Origin: an uncultured Gammaproteobacteria bacterium
GTDB taxonomy: Bacteria; Pseudomonadota; Gammaproteobacteria; DRLM01
Length of the DNA stretch: 64,000 bases
Direction: 5' to 3'
Assembly: GCA_947259075.1 (NCBI GenBank)
Contig: CAMYKQ010000015.1
Location: 4,792 to 68,791 of the forward strand
In this document: positions 35,463 through 47,189 of the stretch, one piece after another
Position numbering within the stretch: position 1 is the stretch's first letter
How the letters are laid out: each line of letters begins with the position of its first letter
The notes under the pieces: generated by a model
Databases searched by the model: none
Told to the model about the DNA's origin: nothing
Seen by the model: the letters and a program-made list of their open reading frames with translations, nothing else
Position numbers and translations under genes: made by a program

Positions 35463-36377
35463 TCACTGCAACCACGCATACCACAGCGGCAGCGTAAACA
35501 AACTCAGTGCGGTGGATAAGGTGACGGTGGTGGCGTAGAGCTGCGTGTCCAAATTGTAACGGTCGCACAGCACCATGCCCAGCACCATGCAGGGCATCGC
35601 CGCTTCGAGCACGGTGGCGATGAGCAGATCACCGCTCAAGCCTAAACCCACGGCCACGCCCCAGCCTACCAGCGGCATGAAAAAAAGTTGAATGATGAGC
35701 ACCGGCACCACCAAGGGCAGCCGTTGCAGATAATGCGGGTCCCAAGTGAGCGCCATGCCCAGCGAGATCAGCATCAAGGGCACGACGCCGTTGGCCAGGG
35801 TTTGCAGCCATTGTTCCAAACCCGGCGGCAGCGCTACGCCCGCGGCGTTGAGCGTCAGCGCCGCCAGCGCCGCCCACAGCGGCGGCACTTTCAGCAGGCC
35901 GGCGAAGGGATTTTCGCGTTCATTATGTTCACCATAAGCGCGGGCGATGAGGATGCCGACGGTGAGCAGCAGCGGCGTGCAGGCAAACAAATCGTATTGA
36001 ATGGCGACGCCGCGCGCCCAAGGGCCGAAGGTGTGTTCCAGCACCGGCAGGCCCAGGTAGGTGACGTTGGGAAAGGCGGCGGCGAGTAACATCGCGCCGG
36101 TGATGGTGCGCGGCGTGGCGCGCAGGCGATAGGCGATGTGCGCGGCGGCCAAGCCCGCGAACACACCGCTGGCGGCGACGACGGCGATGCGCAGCGCGTC
36201 CCAGCCCAGCGGCGCGCGCCACAACACCAGCAACACCAGCGCGGGCAGCAGCACGGTGTAGACCAGGCCGGTGAGCACGCGGCGCGCGGTGTCGGCGTTC
36301 ATGCCCGGCGGTTTGAGATAACGCCAGGCGACGCCGCAGGCGATGAGCGCCGCCATTTGTATTAAAACTTGTTGCAT
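35463..36377 (-). CDS. AEC (auxin efflux carrier) family transporter
   Basis: Ten-TM profile and typical length of the family. Confidence 0.8.
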   Translation of the reverse strand: MQQVLIQMAALIACGVAWRYLKPPGMNADTARRVLTGLVYTVLLPALVLLVLWRAPLGWDALRIAVVAASGVFAGLAAAHIAYRLRATPRTITGAMLLAAAFPNVTYLGLPVLEHTFGPWARGVAIQYDLFACTPLLLTVGILIARAYGEHNERENPFAGLLKVPPLWAALAALTLNAAGVALPPGLEQWLQTLANGVVPLMLISLGMALTWDPHYLQRLPLVVPVLIIQLFFMPLVGWGVAVGLGLSGDLLIATVLEAAMPCMVLGMVLCDRYNLDTQLYATTVTLSTALSLFTLPLWYAWLQ

Positions 36378-36447
36378 GGTGGATGCCGTCTTGCGGCTGA
36401 AACTTCAGCTAAGGGCGCGCGGCGGGCGCGGCATGCGGCAACGTATT

Positions 36448-37251
36448 TCAATGGCCGCGATAAGCTTGTTTGAGGGTGCGCTGACTGAAATCTTCGTCGC
36501 GCAGCCCCACGTTCACTTCCACCTCGCGCATATCGTACACGGCGGAGACCGCGCTATGCGCATTGCGCATCACCACCGTGCGCCACACCCAGGCGCCGTT
36601 GATATTCTCCCATTTCAGAAATTGGGTCTTCATCAGCTCGCCTTTTTTATCATAGTAATCGACGCGTTTTTGCAGGCAGTTTTCCCAGTCCGCGCTCTTG
36701 TTGAACCACGATACGCGCTTGCTGTATGTGGGATCTTGCTTGGGCGTGCTTTCCACGAGGTAATATTCGCCGCCCTCGAGTTTGGTTATTTCTTTAAAAA
36801 CATGTTCGTCTTCTTCTAGGGCGCGGATACGCAGGTCTTCGTCGGTGAAACCCCAGTCCATATTTGCAGGGTCGCGCTGCGACACGCGGCGTACCATGCG
36901 CATCTCCGGCAGATACACCCATTGATCGGCGGTCTTGCTGAGATCGGTGTAGGCCCAGCGCATGAAGTTGACGCCTTTGTTGTCGGGTGGAAATTCGGTG
37001 AACAGTATCACCTTGTCTTCGACGCCGTCCTTGCCCGCGTAGTTTTTCCACAGGCGCGTATATTCACTTTTATTTTGTTTGCCGTTCTCATCGGTGAGGG
37101 CGATCACGAGACGCGAGCGCTGATCATCGCCCGCGTATTTGTAGTAACAGCGCTTGACGATCTCGTCGCCCGTGAGCGGGGTTTCTCCAGCATGGGCACC
37201 CAGGCTCAGGCTAAGCAGACTAAGGCTAACTAATAAACGGCGTGCGGACAT
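36448..37251 (-). CDS. LolA-like outer-membrane lipoprotein-sorting protein
   Basis: Signal peptide (SLGAHA/GE). The pattern GDEIVKRCYYKYAGDD..S......D.NG......Y.R.WK...G.D...DK.ILFTEFPPD.KG..F resembles LolA_like proteins. The start was trimmed to ATG 37251. G+C is markedly lower than in neighbouring genes. Confidence 0.7.
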   Translation of the reverse strand: MSARRLLVSLSLLSLSLGAHAGETPLTGDEIVKRCYYKYAGDDQRSRLVIALTDENGKQNKSEYTRLWKNYAGKDGVEDKVILFTEFPPDNKGVNFMRWAYTDLSKTADQWVYLPEMRMVRRVSQRDPANMDWGFTDEDLRIRALEEDEHVFKEITKLEGGEYYLVESTPKQDPTYSKRVSWFNKSADWENCLQKRVDYYDKKGELMKTQFLKWENINGAWVWRTVVMRNAHSAVSAVYDMREVEVNVGLRDEDFSQRTLKQAYRGH

Positions 37252-37367
37252 CGGATGGTACTGCCTTGGTTGAGATGGATCGTGGATCCGGGCGCTGCGG
37301 CCCATCCCGCGAACTTTACCTGATTGACGCGCGCCAGGCATCCGTTGAGTGTGGATGCGAGGCGGTT

Positions 37368-40046
<2,679 letters not shown>

Positions 40047-40314
40047 GGCGGGCTTTCCGGGCGAGGGCCCATGGATGAACGTGAGTGATGCGGGCAAGAT
40101 GGCGCAATGAGAATGCCGCGGTTTTTCACTCGCGATTAAAACCCGCGAGCTCACGTTCACATAGTGCCACAGGCGGGATTGAAGGGGGATAGCCGCATGA
40201 CGGCGGTGCAAACAATATTGAGGAAATGCTACAGCTCATCCCCGTTTGGCGATAGTATTCTTTATGCGAGTTGTGGCGAGGGGTTTGAATGGACCGTGCT
40301 GATGTGAGCGTGCC

Positions 40315-40740
40315 GTGCTGATTACCTTAGTGATGACCACGGTGCTGGTGGTGATGGCGGTGCTGGTGCATTACGAGGCCTTGTTGCGGCTCATGGCCTT
40401 GATGCGCCTATTGCGCATCCGCCCGCGGACGCGCATCGCCGTCGGCGTGCTCGGCGCCTTGGCGGCCCATGTAATCGAGATATTTATTTTCGCGCTGGGT
40501 TATTACCTGCTCATCCACGTCCAGCGCGTGGGTGAACTCACCGGCTCCTTGACCGAGCCCTGGCGTGATTGCGTATATTTCTCGTTTTCGGTGTACTCCT
40601 CCTTGGGTTTCGGCGACATCATCGCCACCGGACCTTTGCGGTTCTTGACGGGGATGGAGGTGTTGACAGGGCTGGTGCTGATCGCCTGGACCGCGTCCTT
40701 CATGTATGTGGAGATGCAGCGTTTATGGGCCAGGGAATAG
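40315..40740 (+). CDS. Minimal two-TM ion-channel protein (K+-channel pore family)
   Basis: Pore helix plus filter-like YSSLGFGD. 141 aa. Confidence 0.75.
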   Translation: MLITLVMTTVLVVMAVLVHYEALLRLMALMRLLRIRPRTRIAVGVLGALAAHVIEIFIFALGYYLLIHVQRVGELTGSLTEPWRDCVYFSFSVYSSLGFGDIIATGPLRFLTGMEVLTGLVLIAWTASFMYVEMQRLWARE

Positions 40741-40811
40741 CGGCGCGGCTGTTGCCGCCGTGGTGAAAAAGGCGGCGCGGGCATCGTGCCCCCGCGCCGC
40801 CGTGGCGCGGA

Positions 40812-41069
40812 TTATTTGTGCGCTTCGATCATGATGACGTGGCCGTCCTTCACGTGTACTTCAACCTTGTCACCTTCTTTGACCTCGCCCTTTTTCTTGG
40901 TGGTGGCGTCGAAGTGCAAACGGCGTTCTTCGCCGCCGGGGTCTTTGACCACATAGAATTCGCCGTCGATCTTCGTCAGCGTGCCCTTGATTTCATCGCC
41001 GGAAAGCGGGCTGCTGGCCTGGGCCGCGAGGGCGGCGGAGAATAAAGCGATCGCCAAGATTTTCTTCAT
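40812..41069 (-). CDS. Small secreted hypothetical protein (85 aa)
   Basis: Signal peptide (AAQA/SS) and a Lys/Glu/Asp-rich beta-type mature part. Confidence 0.55.
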   Translation of the reverse strand: MKKILAIALFSAALAAQASSPLSGDEIKGTLTKIDGEFYVVKDPGGEERRLHFDATTKKKGEVKEGDKVEVHVKDGHVIMIEAHK

Positions 41070-41191
41070 GGGTTATCTCCTGTGAATGTGGTGCCGGGCC
41101 GGAGTCGGCGCGCGGACGGGGGGAATGAATGCATTCGAAGACCGAATGCGCGACCCAAATTAAGCGGGGAGCCGGGAGCTGTCAAATGTGG

Positions 41192-41225
41192 AAAAAAAAC
41201 GACGCCGCTCGATTTGAGGGCGTCG
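41192..41225 (-). terminator. Intrinsic terminator of the GH17-GT2 gene
   Basis: The minus strand reads CGACGCC-N12-GGCGTCG followed by T8. Confidence 0.65.
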
Positions 41226-41321
41226 CATATTGACGACGGGCGGGTTGAAGCCGTTTCGCGCCGGAGCTGAAATTACATTCTCCGGCGCGCCAGTTTCAAT
41301 TGCGGCTTTTGCTTTATTTGA

Positions 41322-44000
41322 TTACGCCGCCTCGCGGCGCGTGGCTTCAAATTGCTCGGCCAAGGCGGGGCTGTTGGCGTCGTGCGCCACGCCCTGCCGC
41401 GGCAGGGGATTGCCGAGGGGCGCGGGCGCGTCCGTGTGGCGTTGTGAACGCGACGGCAGCGCATTGGCCAGGGAGCAATACAGCGCCGCGACATAGGGCG
41501 TGGATTGCACCGTGAGCACGATCACCCACAGCAGGGCTTCTTCGTGGCCGGGGCCGTAGAGGTGCAACACCGCGCACGCGGCGACGATCAAGCCCGCCAG
41601 CATGAATAATTCCTCGCGCGCCATGGCCAGGCCGCGTATCAAGGCGGGTTTGTCTTCCGCCTTGGGCGTGCGCAGGAAAGGTTGGCCCGAAGTGAACACG
41701 CCTTGAATAATGGCGCGGCCGATGGTGTGCGTGAGCGACATGCCGGCGATGGCGGCGCCGAAGCGTTGCGATAAGGTGCAGGGCACGCGCACGCGGTAGA
41801 GCCACAAGGCGTGCAGCAATTTGTAGACGAACACGGCGAGGGTCGGCGCGAGAAAAGTCCACAAGGGAAATTCAAAATACGACGGTGCCAGCAACAGGCC
41901 CACGGTCCAAAACATCGCCGCGGCGGTGAAGATCACATGCAGGCCATCGGCGAACCAGGGCAGCCAGCCGGTGAGGAAGTGATAGCGCTGCCCCGCCGTT
42001 AACTTGCTCGCCTTCGCCGACCACAGGCTGCGCCAATGGTGTTTGATGATTTGCACCGCGCCATAGGTCCAGCGGAAACGCTGGCCTTTGTAGCCCGCGT
42101 AAGAATGCGGCGTAAGCCCCTTGCCGAAGACTTCGTTGACGTAAACCGATTCGTAGCCCTGTTGATACAGGCGCAGACCCAGCTCGGCGTCTTCGCAGAT
42201 ACACCACTCGGACCAGCCGTTCATTTCTTCCAGCGCGGCGCGGCGGATCAAGGTCATGGTGCCGTGTTGAATGATGGCGTCGCGCTCGTTGCGATGCACC
42301 ATGCCGATGTGGAAGAAACCGGCGTATTCCCAGTTCATCATTTCTTTGAAACGATCGCCTTCCCATTCGCGGTGGTCTTGCGGCGCCTGCACGAAGGCCA
42401 CTTGCGCGCGTTCAAAATAAGGGGTGAGGCTGCGCAGCCAGTCGCGGCGCACGATGTAATCGCTGTCGACCACGCCGATGATTTGCGCATCCGCCGCGGT
42501 TTCCTGCAGCGCGAAGTTGAGCGCGCCGGCTTTGAAGCCAGGCCATTTGCCGAGGGAGAAGAAACGGAAGCGCGGGCCGAGTTGGGCGCAGTAATCCGCC
42601 ACCGGCTGCCACACCGCCGGATCTTTAGTGTTGTTGTCGATCACCAGCACTTCAAAATCCGGGTAGTCGAGCGCGGCTAAACTCGTCAGCGTTTGTTTGA
42701 CGAGCTCCGCCGGTTCGTTGCAGATGGCGAGGTGCAGCGAGACCTTGGGCAAAGGCTGTTCCGGCGCGGGGTGCAGCGGGGTGAAATGCCGTTTGAACCG
42801 CCGCAGCCACGACATCTCCACCAGTTCAAAGCCATTGATAAGAATCACGGCGTACAAGGCGATCTGTGCCGGCAGCAAAATGCCCCAGGCCACGGTGCCG
42901 AGCGTGCTGAGGTCTTCGGTGAAGGGGGCGAAGGCGCTGAGTGTCAGGCCGCAGGCCACGGTTTGCATCAGCAGGGCGAAGGCCAAGCGTCCGCGTGCGC
43001 GCAGCTCGCGCCAGCGCATTAAAAACCAAATCATCGGCAATAGGGCGAGCACGCCGGCGACGGCGGCTTGCACCGGCCAGTGCGGGTTAGCGACAACGGG
43101 GCCGCTCATGGCGAATTTTTCTTTACGCTCCACATCGTAAATACCCCAGTGGGCGCCGACCGTGCCTTCAAGCGCGCGTTTCCACGGCTGGTCGAAGGAC
43201 TCCATCATGAAGTAGTCGAATTTTTTCTCTTGGGCCAGATTGAGAAACTGGCGCACGAAGCTGGCTTGCGCCGCGAGAGTGGCGCGTGCGTGCAGCACAC
43301 GGTTGCCGTCGCTGGGCCAGCCCACCTCGGCGATGAGAATGGGTTTGCCGGGGAAGGCGGCCTGCAATTGACGATAGCGTTCCTTGACGAAGTCCATGGC
43401 CTCGTCCGCGGGCACGCCTTCCCAGTAGGGCAGGATGTGCGCGGCGATGAAGTCGACCTGCTTCGCCAGCTCGGGGTGTTTGATCCACACATGCCAGGGC
43501 TCGGCGGTGCTCACCGGCAGTTTAGTCTGTTTACGCACTTGTTTGAGATAGGCGCTGAGTTCAGCGACGCTGAGGTCGCCGCGCAACACGGCTTCGTTGC
43601 CGACGATGAGGCGGTCGATATTGCTGAACTGCCGTGCATTCTTGACGAGGTTGGCGAGCTCGAGTTCATTGTTGCTCTTGTCTTTGTCCAGCCAGGCGCC
43701 GGCGGTGACGGTGAGCCCGTGTTTTTGCGCGAGACTGGGGATGAGTTCCATGCCGTCGGTGGAGGAGTAGCTGCGCACCTTGTGGACTTTGTCGGCGAGG
43801 AAGCTCAGGTCTTTGTCTATCTCTTGCGCGCTGGGGAAGCGTTCGCGCAGGGGGTCGTCATCAGCGCGAAACGGGCTGAAGGACACGCCATTGATGGCGC
43901 CGCTCCACGCTATTTCGGCTTGCGGGCGGTTGAGTCCGGCCCACAGCAATAGATTGGCCGCGACCACGAAGATCAAAATAGTAAAACTAGATGCGCGCAT
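41322..44000 (-). CDS. Bifunctional GH17 glucanase-like / GT2 glycosyltransferase (NdvB-like beta-1,3-glucan synthase)
   Basis: The N-terminal GH17 part (GVSFSPF..., IVGNEAVLRGD, IAEVGWPS) is followed by TM segments and a GT2 domain (VLVIDNNT, VVDSDY, QHGTMTLIRR, QRFRW). The start was trimmed to ATG 44000. Confidence 0.85.
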   Translation of the reverse strand: MRASSFTILIFVVAANLLLWAGLNRPQAEIAWSGAINGVSFSPFRADDDPLRERFPSAQEIDKDLSFLADKVHKVRSYSSTDGMELIPSLAQKHGLTVTAGAWLDKDKSNNELELANLVKNARQFSNIDRLIVGNEAVLRGDLSVAELSAYLKQVRKQTKLPVSTAEPWHVWIKHPELAKQVDFIAAHILPYWEGVPADEAMDFVKERYRQLQAAFPGKPILIAEVGWPSDGNRVLHARATLAAQASFVRQFLNLAQEKKFDYFMMESFDQPWKRALEGTVGAHWGIYDVERKEKFAMSGPVVANPHWPVQAAVAGVLALLPMIWFLMRWRELRARGRLAFALLMQTVACGLTLSAFAPFTEDLSTLGTVAWGILLPAQIALYAVILINGFELVEMSWLRRFKRHFTPLHPAPEQPLPKVSLHLAICNEPAELVKQTLTSLAALDYPDFEVLVIDNNTKDPAVWQPVADYCAQLGPRFRFFSLGKWPGFKAGALNFALQETAADAQIIGVVDSDYIVRRDWLRSLTPYFERAQVAFVQAPQDHREWEGDRFKEMMNWEYAGFFHIGMVHRNERDAIIQHGTMTLIRRAALEEMNGWSEWCICEDAELGLRLYQQGYESVYVNEVFGKGLTPHSYAGYKGQRFRWTYGAVQIIKHHWRSLWSAKASKLTAGQRYHFLTGWLPWFADGLHVIFTAAAMFWTVGLLLAPSYFEFPLWTFLAPTLAVFVYKLLHALWLYRVRVPCTLSQRFGAAIAGMSLTHTIGRAIIQGVFTSGQPFLRTPKAEDKPALIRGLAMAREELFMLAGLIVAACAVLHLYGPGHEEALLWVIVLTVQSTPYVAALYCSLANALPSRSQRHTDAPAPLGNPLPRQGVAHDANSPALAEQFEATRREAA

Positions 44001-44349
44001 AGTGTGCTCGATTGGGAGGTGCTGCAAGCGCCCACCACACGCACGCCGCCACGCGCCTTGCTTAGCCGACGCGGGAATGGAAGTAGTGTCAGGTGCTGAT
44101 CTGATCCCGAGGGTTCGGGACATCAGGATGGCTGCGGAACCTCAACAAGGTAACCGGTATTCGTTCTCGCCAGCCTCCATTGCCAGCGATCGGCGCGGAT
44201 TCTAGCGCAGAATGGCTTGCCAAGGGAAGGGTGCCGCGGCGGGGCTGGCGGCTTTTTTTGCCGGGTGGCACACTAGGCGCCGTGTGCCGTCGTGGTGTGT
44301 GGCGGCCAAAACGCATTCTTCCTTCCCCCCTGATGAGCAAGGTCTGCCG

Positions 44350-45693
44350 ATGGACTCTCTTCCCCATGCCGTGACGCCCGTGACGCGCGCGGCCGCCTTG
44401 CGTTTCTGGTTGAAACTGGGCTTTATCAGCTTCGGCGGTCCGGCGGGACAGATCAGCATCATGCATCAGGAGCTGGTGGAGCGGCGGCGCTGGATTTCGG
44501 AACGGCGTTTCATGCACGCGCTCAATTACTGCATGATCTTGCCCGGCCCGGAGGCGCAACAGCTCGCCACCTATATCGGCTGGTTATTGCACGGCAGCTG
44601 GGGCGGCATCGTCGCCGGTGCGCTGTTCGTCCTGCCTTCTCTGCTTATTCTCATGGCCCTGTCTTGGCTGTACCTCGCCTTCGGTGATGTGCCCGCGGTG
44701 GCGGGGGTGCTGTATGGCATCAAACCGGCGGTGACCGCCATCGTCTTGTTCGCCGCCTATCGCATCGGTTCACGCGTTTTAAAGAACGGGGTGTTATGGG
44801 CGGTGGCGGCCGCGGCCTTTGCCGGTTTGTTTATTTTCCAATTGCCCTTTCCCGCCATCATTCTTGCCGCGGCCTGCGTGGGCTGGCTCGGCGGGTGGCT
44901 GGCGCCCGAGCGTTTTCGCGCCGGGGGCGGGCACGGCGCGGGTGCCGCGCGGCTAACAGGCCGCGCCTTGATCGACGATGACACGCCCTTACCGGATCAT
45001 GCGCGCCAGCGCTGGCGCCGGACGCTGGTCTATGCCCTCGCCGGCGCGGGCGGCTGGCTGCTGGTGATGGGCGCGCTCATCGCGTTTTTCGGCTGGCAGG
45101 CGACGTTGACGCAGATGGGCTGGTTCTTCACCAAGGCCGCCTTGCTCACCTTCGGCGGCGCCTATGCGGTGTTGCCCTATGTGTATCAGGGCGGGGTCGA
45201 ACATTACCAGTGGTTGAGCGGCCCGCAGATGATAGATGGCTTGGCCTTGGGCGAGACCACACCGGGTCCGCTCATCATGGTAGTGGCCTATGTGGGCTTC
45301 GTCGGGGCGTGGCTGAAGCAGGTCTTCGGCGCGGACAGCCTGGTGCTGGCGGGGATGGCGGGGGCGGTGGTCGCGACGTATTTTACTTTTCTGCCGTCGT
45401 TTCTGTTTATCTTGATCGGCGGGCCGATGGTGGAGGCGACCCGTCACGAACTCAAATTCACCGCGCCGTTGACGGCCATCACCGCCGCGGTGGTGGGGGT
45501 GGTGGTGAATCTGGCGTTGTTCTTCGCCTATCACGTGCTGTGGCCCGCGGGGCCGGCGGGGGTATTCGATGGCGTTGCCGCGGCGATCGCCGTCGCGGCC
45601 TTGCTTGCCTTGTTCCGTTTTAAGCTTGGTGTGATCCCGGTGATCGCCGCCAGCGCCCTACTGGGTTTGACGTGGCGTTTGGCGAGCGTGTGA
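44350..45693 (+). CDS. chrA: Chromate transporter ChrA (two CHR domains)
   Basis: FWLKLGFISFGGPAGQISIMHQELVERRRWI, and a second-half repeat FTKAALLTFGGAYAVLPYV. The start was trimmed to ATG 44350. Confidence 0.9.
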   Translation: MDSLPHAVTPVTRAAALRFWLKLGFISFGGPAGQISIMHQELVERRRWISERRFMHALNYCMILPGPEAQQLATYIGWLLHGSWGGIVAGALFVLPSLLILMALSWLYLAFGDVPAVAGVLYGIKPAVTAIVLFAAYRIGSRVLKNGVLWAVAAAAFAGLFIFQLPFPAIILAAACVGWLGGWLAPERFRAGGGHGAGAARLTGRALIDDDTPLPDHARQRWRRTLVYALAGAGGWLLVMGALIAFFGWQATLTQMGWFFTKAALLTFGGAYAVLPYVYQGGVEHYQWLSGPQMIDGLALGETTPGPLIMVVAYVGFVGAWLKQVFGADSLVLAGMAGAVVATYFTFLPSFLFILIGGPMVEATRHELKFTAPLTAITAAVVGVVVNLALFFAYHVLWPAGPAGVFDGVAAAIAVAALLALFRFKLGVIPVIAASALLGLTWRLASV

Positions 45694-45781
45694 TTGCTTG
45701 AGCCAGCGTTCGGTTTTTCTCCGCTCCCGGCTATTCGGCCCGTCTCCAGCCATTCCAGGTTCAGGTTCCGTTAGCGGCGGA

Positions 45782-46336
45782 TCAATGCCGCGCGATGGAC
45801 TGGCTAAAGCGCTTTGCGTTCCGCGGCGGCGGGCTGCTGGCAAGCACGGCTTGCGGCGGCGCGGCGCGAAAAAGGACACACCAGGTCCGGCTGGCCGCGG
45901 CGGCCTCGCGCAAGCGCTGCAGCGCCGCTTCGTCCAAGGCGGTGGGCCAGGCTAGTACGGCGCCACAGGTGCCGGCGCGCAGTGCCCGCTCCACCGTGCG
46001 CAGGCCGTTGCCGCCCTGCCGCGGGTGGACCAGCAAGATGCGGGAAAGATTGATACCGCTGGCGGCGAGGCTGGGCGCGAGGGGCAGGTGCGGTGGGGCG
46101 ATCAAGGCTAGCCAGCGGCCCGCTTGGCTGAGGCGGGCCAGTTCGGGCAGCACCGCGCTCAGTTCACCGCCAGCCTGTGAGTGTCGTAGCTCGGTAAGTG
46201 TGCCCGTGGGCCAGGCGCCGGCGTTCGAGGGCGAAGCTGGCTCGGTGGAAGCGTTTGCCATAACCGGATCGGGCTCGGCCTGCCACAGTTTGAGTTGCGC
46301 GGGAAGGCTGTCGAGGGTGTTGTGCATGGTGCTCAT
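45782..46336 (-). CDS. sulA: SulA-like SOS cell-division inhibitor
   Basis: It overlaps the lexA stop by 4 nt. [12 protein letters not shown]...[11 protein letters not shown] closely parallels Pseudomonas SulA (RWLTLIAPP...). Confidence 0.75.
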   Translation of the reverse strand: MSTMHNTLDSLPAQLKLWQAEPDPVMANASTEPASPSNAGAWPTGTLTELRHSQAGGELSAVLPELARLSQAGRWLALIAPPHLPLAPSLAASGINLSRILLVHPRQGGNGLRTVERALRAGTCGAVLAWPTALDEAALQRLREAAAASRTWCVLFRAAPPQAVLASSPPPRNAKRFSQSIARH

Positions 46337-46947
46337 AAGGGGCTTCCTTGACGAATGATGCCCACGCCCAGCCCTTCGATAGCGAAGGGCTGGCGGCGCA
46401 GGTCGACTTCAATGGGGCTGAATTCGGGATTTTCCGGCAGCAGGCGTAGATGGTGCGCTTTGCCGCGCGGGCGCTGGAGGCGTTTGACGGTCACTTCGTC
46501 GTCCAGGCGCGCGACGATGATTTGGCCGCTGCGGGCCTCGCTGCAACGGTGGACGGCGAGCAGGTCGCCGTCGAGGATGCCGGCGTCGCGCATGCTCAGG
46601 CCGCGCACGCGCAGCAGGTAATCGGCGCGGGGCTGGAACAGCGCGGCGTCGAGCTGGTAATGCCCTTCGATGTGTTGCTCGGCGAGGATGGGGCTGCCCG
46701 CCGCCACCCGGCCAACCAGGGGCAGGCCGCCGTGGCCTTGCAGCAGGCGAATGCCGCGCGAGGTGCCGGGGAGGATCTCGATATAGCCTTTGCGTGCCAG
46801 ACTGCGTAAATGTTCTTCGGCGGCGTTGGGGGAGCGGAAGCCGAAGTGGCGTCCGATCTCGGCGCGGGTGGGTGGCCGGCCGCTGTGAGTTAAGTGCTCG
46901 CGGATGAGTTCGAGTATTTCGTTTTGACGGTGAGTGAGGTCTGACAT
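46333..46947 (-). CDS. lexA: LexA repressor
   Basis: [17 protein letters not shown] cleavage site (GRVAAGSPI), and catalytic GDLLAVH...VARL..EVTVKRL. Confidence 0.95.
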   Translation of the reverse strand: MSDLTHRQNEILELIREHLTHSGRPPTRAEIGRHFGFRSPNAAEEHLRSLARKGYIEILPGTSRGIRLLQGHGGLPLVGRVAAGSPILAEQHIEGHYQLDAALFQPRADYLLRVRGLSMRDAGILDGDLLAVHRCSEARSGQIIVARLDDEVTVKRLQRPRGKAHHLRLLPENPEFSPIEVDLRRQPFAIEGLGVGIIRQGSPL

Positions 46948-46963
46948 GCTGTGCTCCTTGTGA

Positions 46964-46979
46964 CTGTATATTTATACAG
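46964..46979. promoter_or_regulatory. SOS box (LexA operator)
   Basis: CTGTATATTTATACAG is a perfect CTGT-N8-ACAG. It lies 17-32 nt upstream of the lexA ATG. Confidence 0.9.
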
Positions 46980-47108
46980 TTTTTACGAATTAGCAAGCCC
47001 CGCCGGTTCTAGGTGTGTCCGCCGTCGTCCGCCCTAAAATAGGTCGTTTTCTCTCCGACGTGATCGTATTCGGTGCAAGCTGAAGTTTTGTATCGTGTAA
47101 ATTAAATA

Positions 47109-47121
47109 TAACTATTTGATA
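47109..47121 (-). promoter_or_regulatory. IHF-site candidate in the amt promoter
   Basis: The minus strand reads TATCAAATAGTTA, matching WATCAA-N4-TTR. It is centred about 50 nt upstream of the predicted +1. Confidence 0.4.
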
Positions 47122-47137
47122 AATAAGTGGCGCTGTT

Positions 47138-47154
47138 TTGGTGCGCTTATTGCC
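47138..47154 (+). promoter_or_regulatory. Sigma-54 (-24/-12) promoter of amt
   Basis: TTGGTGCGCTTATTGCC has GG and GC at canonical spacing. Predicted +1 is near 47165, 25 nt before the ATG. An NtrC half-site-like GGTGCA lies at 47072-47077. Confidence 0.55.
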
Positions 47155-47189
47155 TGTTATTGCGCAAAATTTGCTCGAAGGGGGTTGTG

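Noticed and set aside
44240-44300. GCCGC-N10-GCGGC plus a T7 terminator-like hairpin, and a TGGCAC-N5-GCGCC motif upstream of chrA
   Set aside because: The stem is only 5 bp with a large loop. The -12 element lacks TTGC. No upstream plus-strand transcript would need terminating here.
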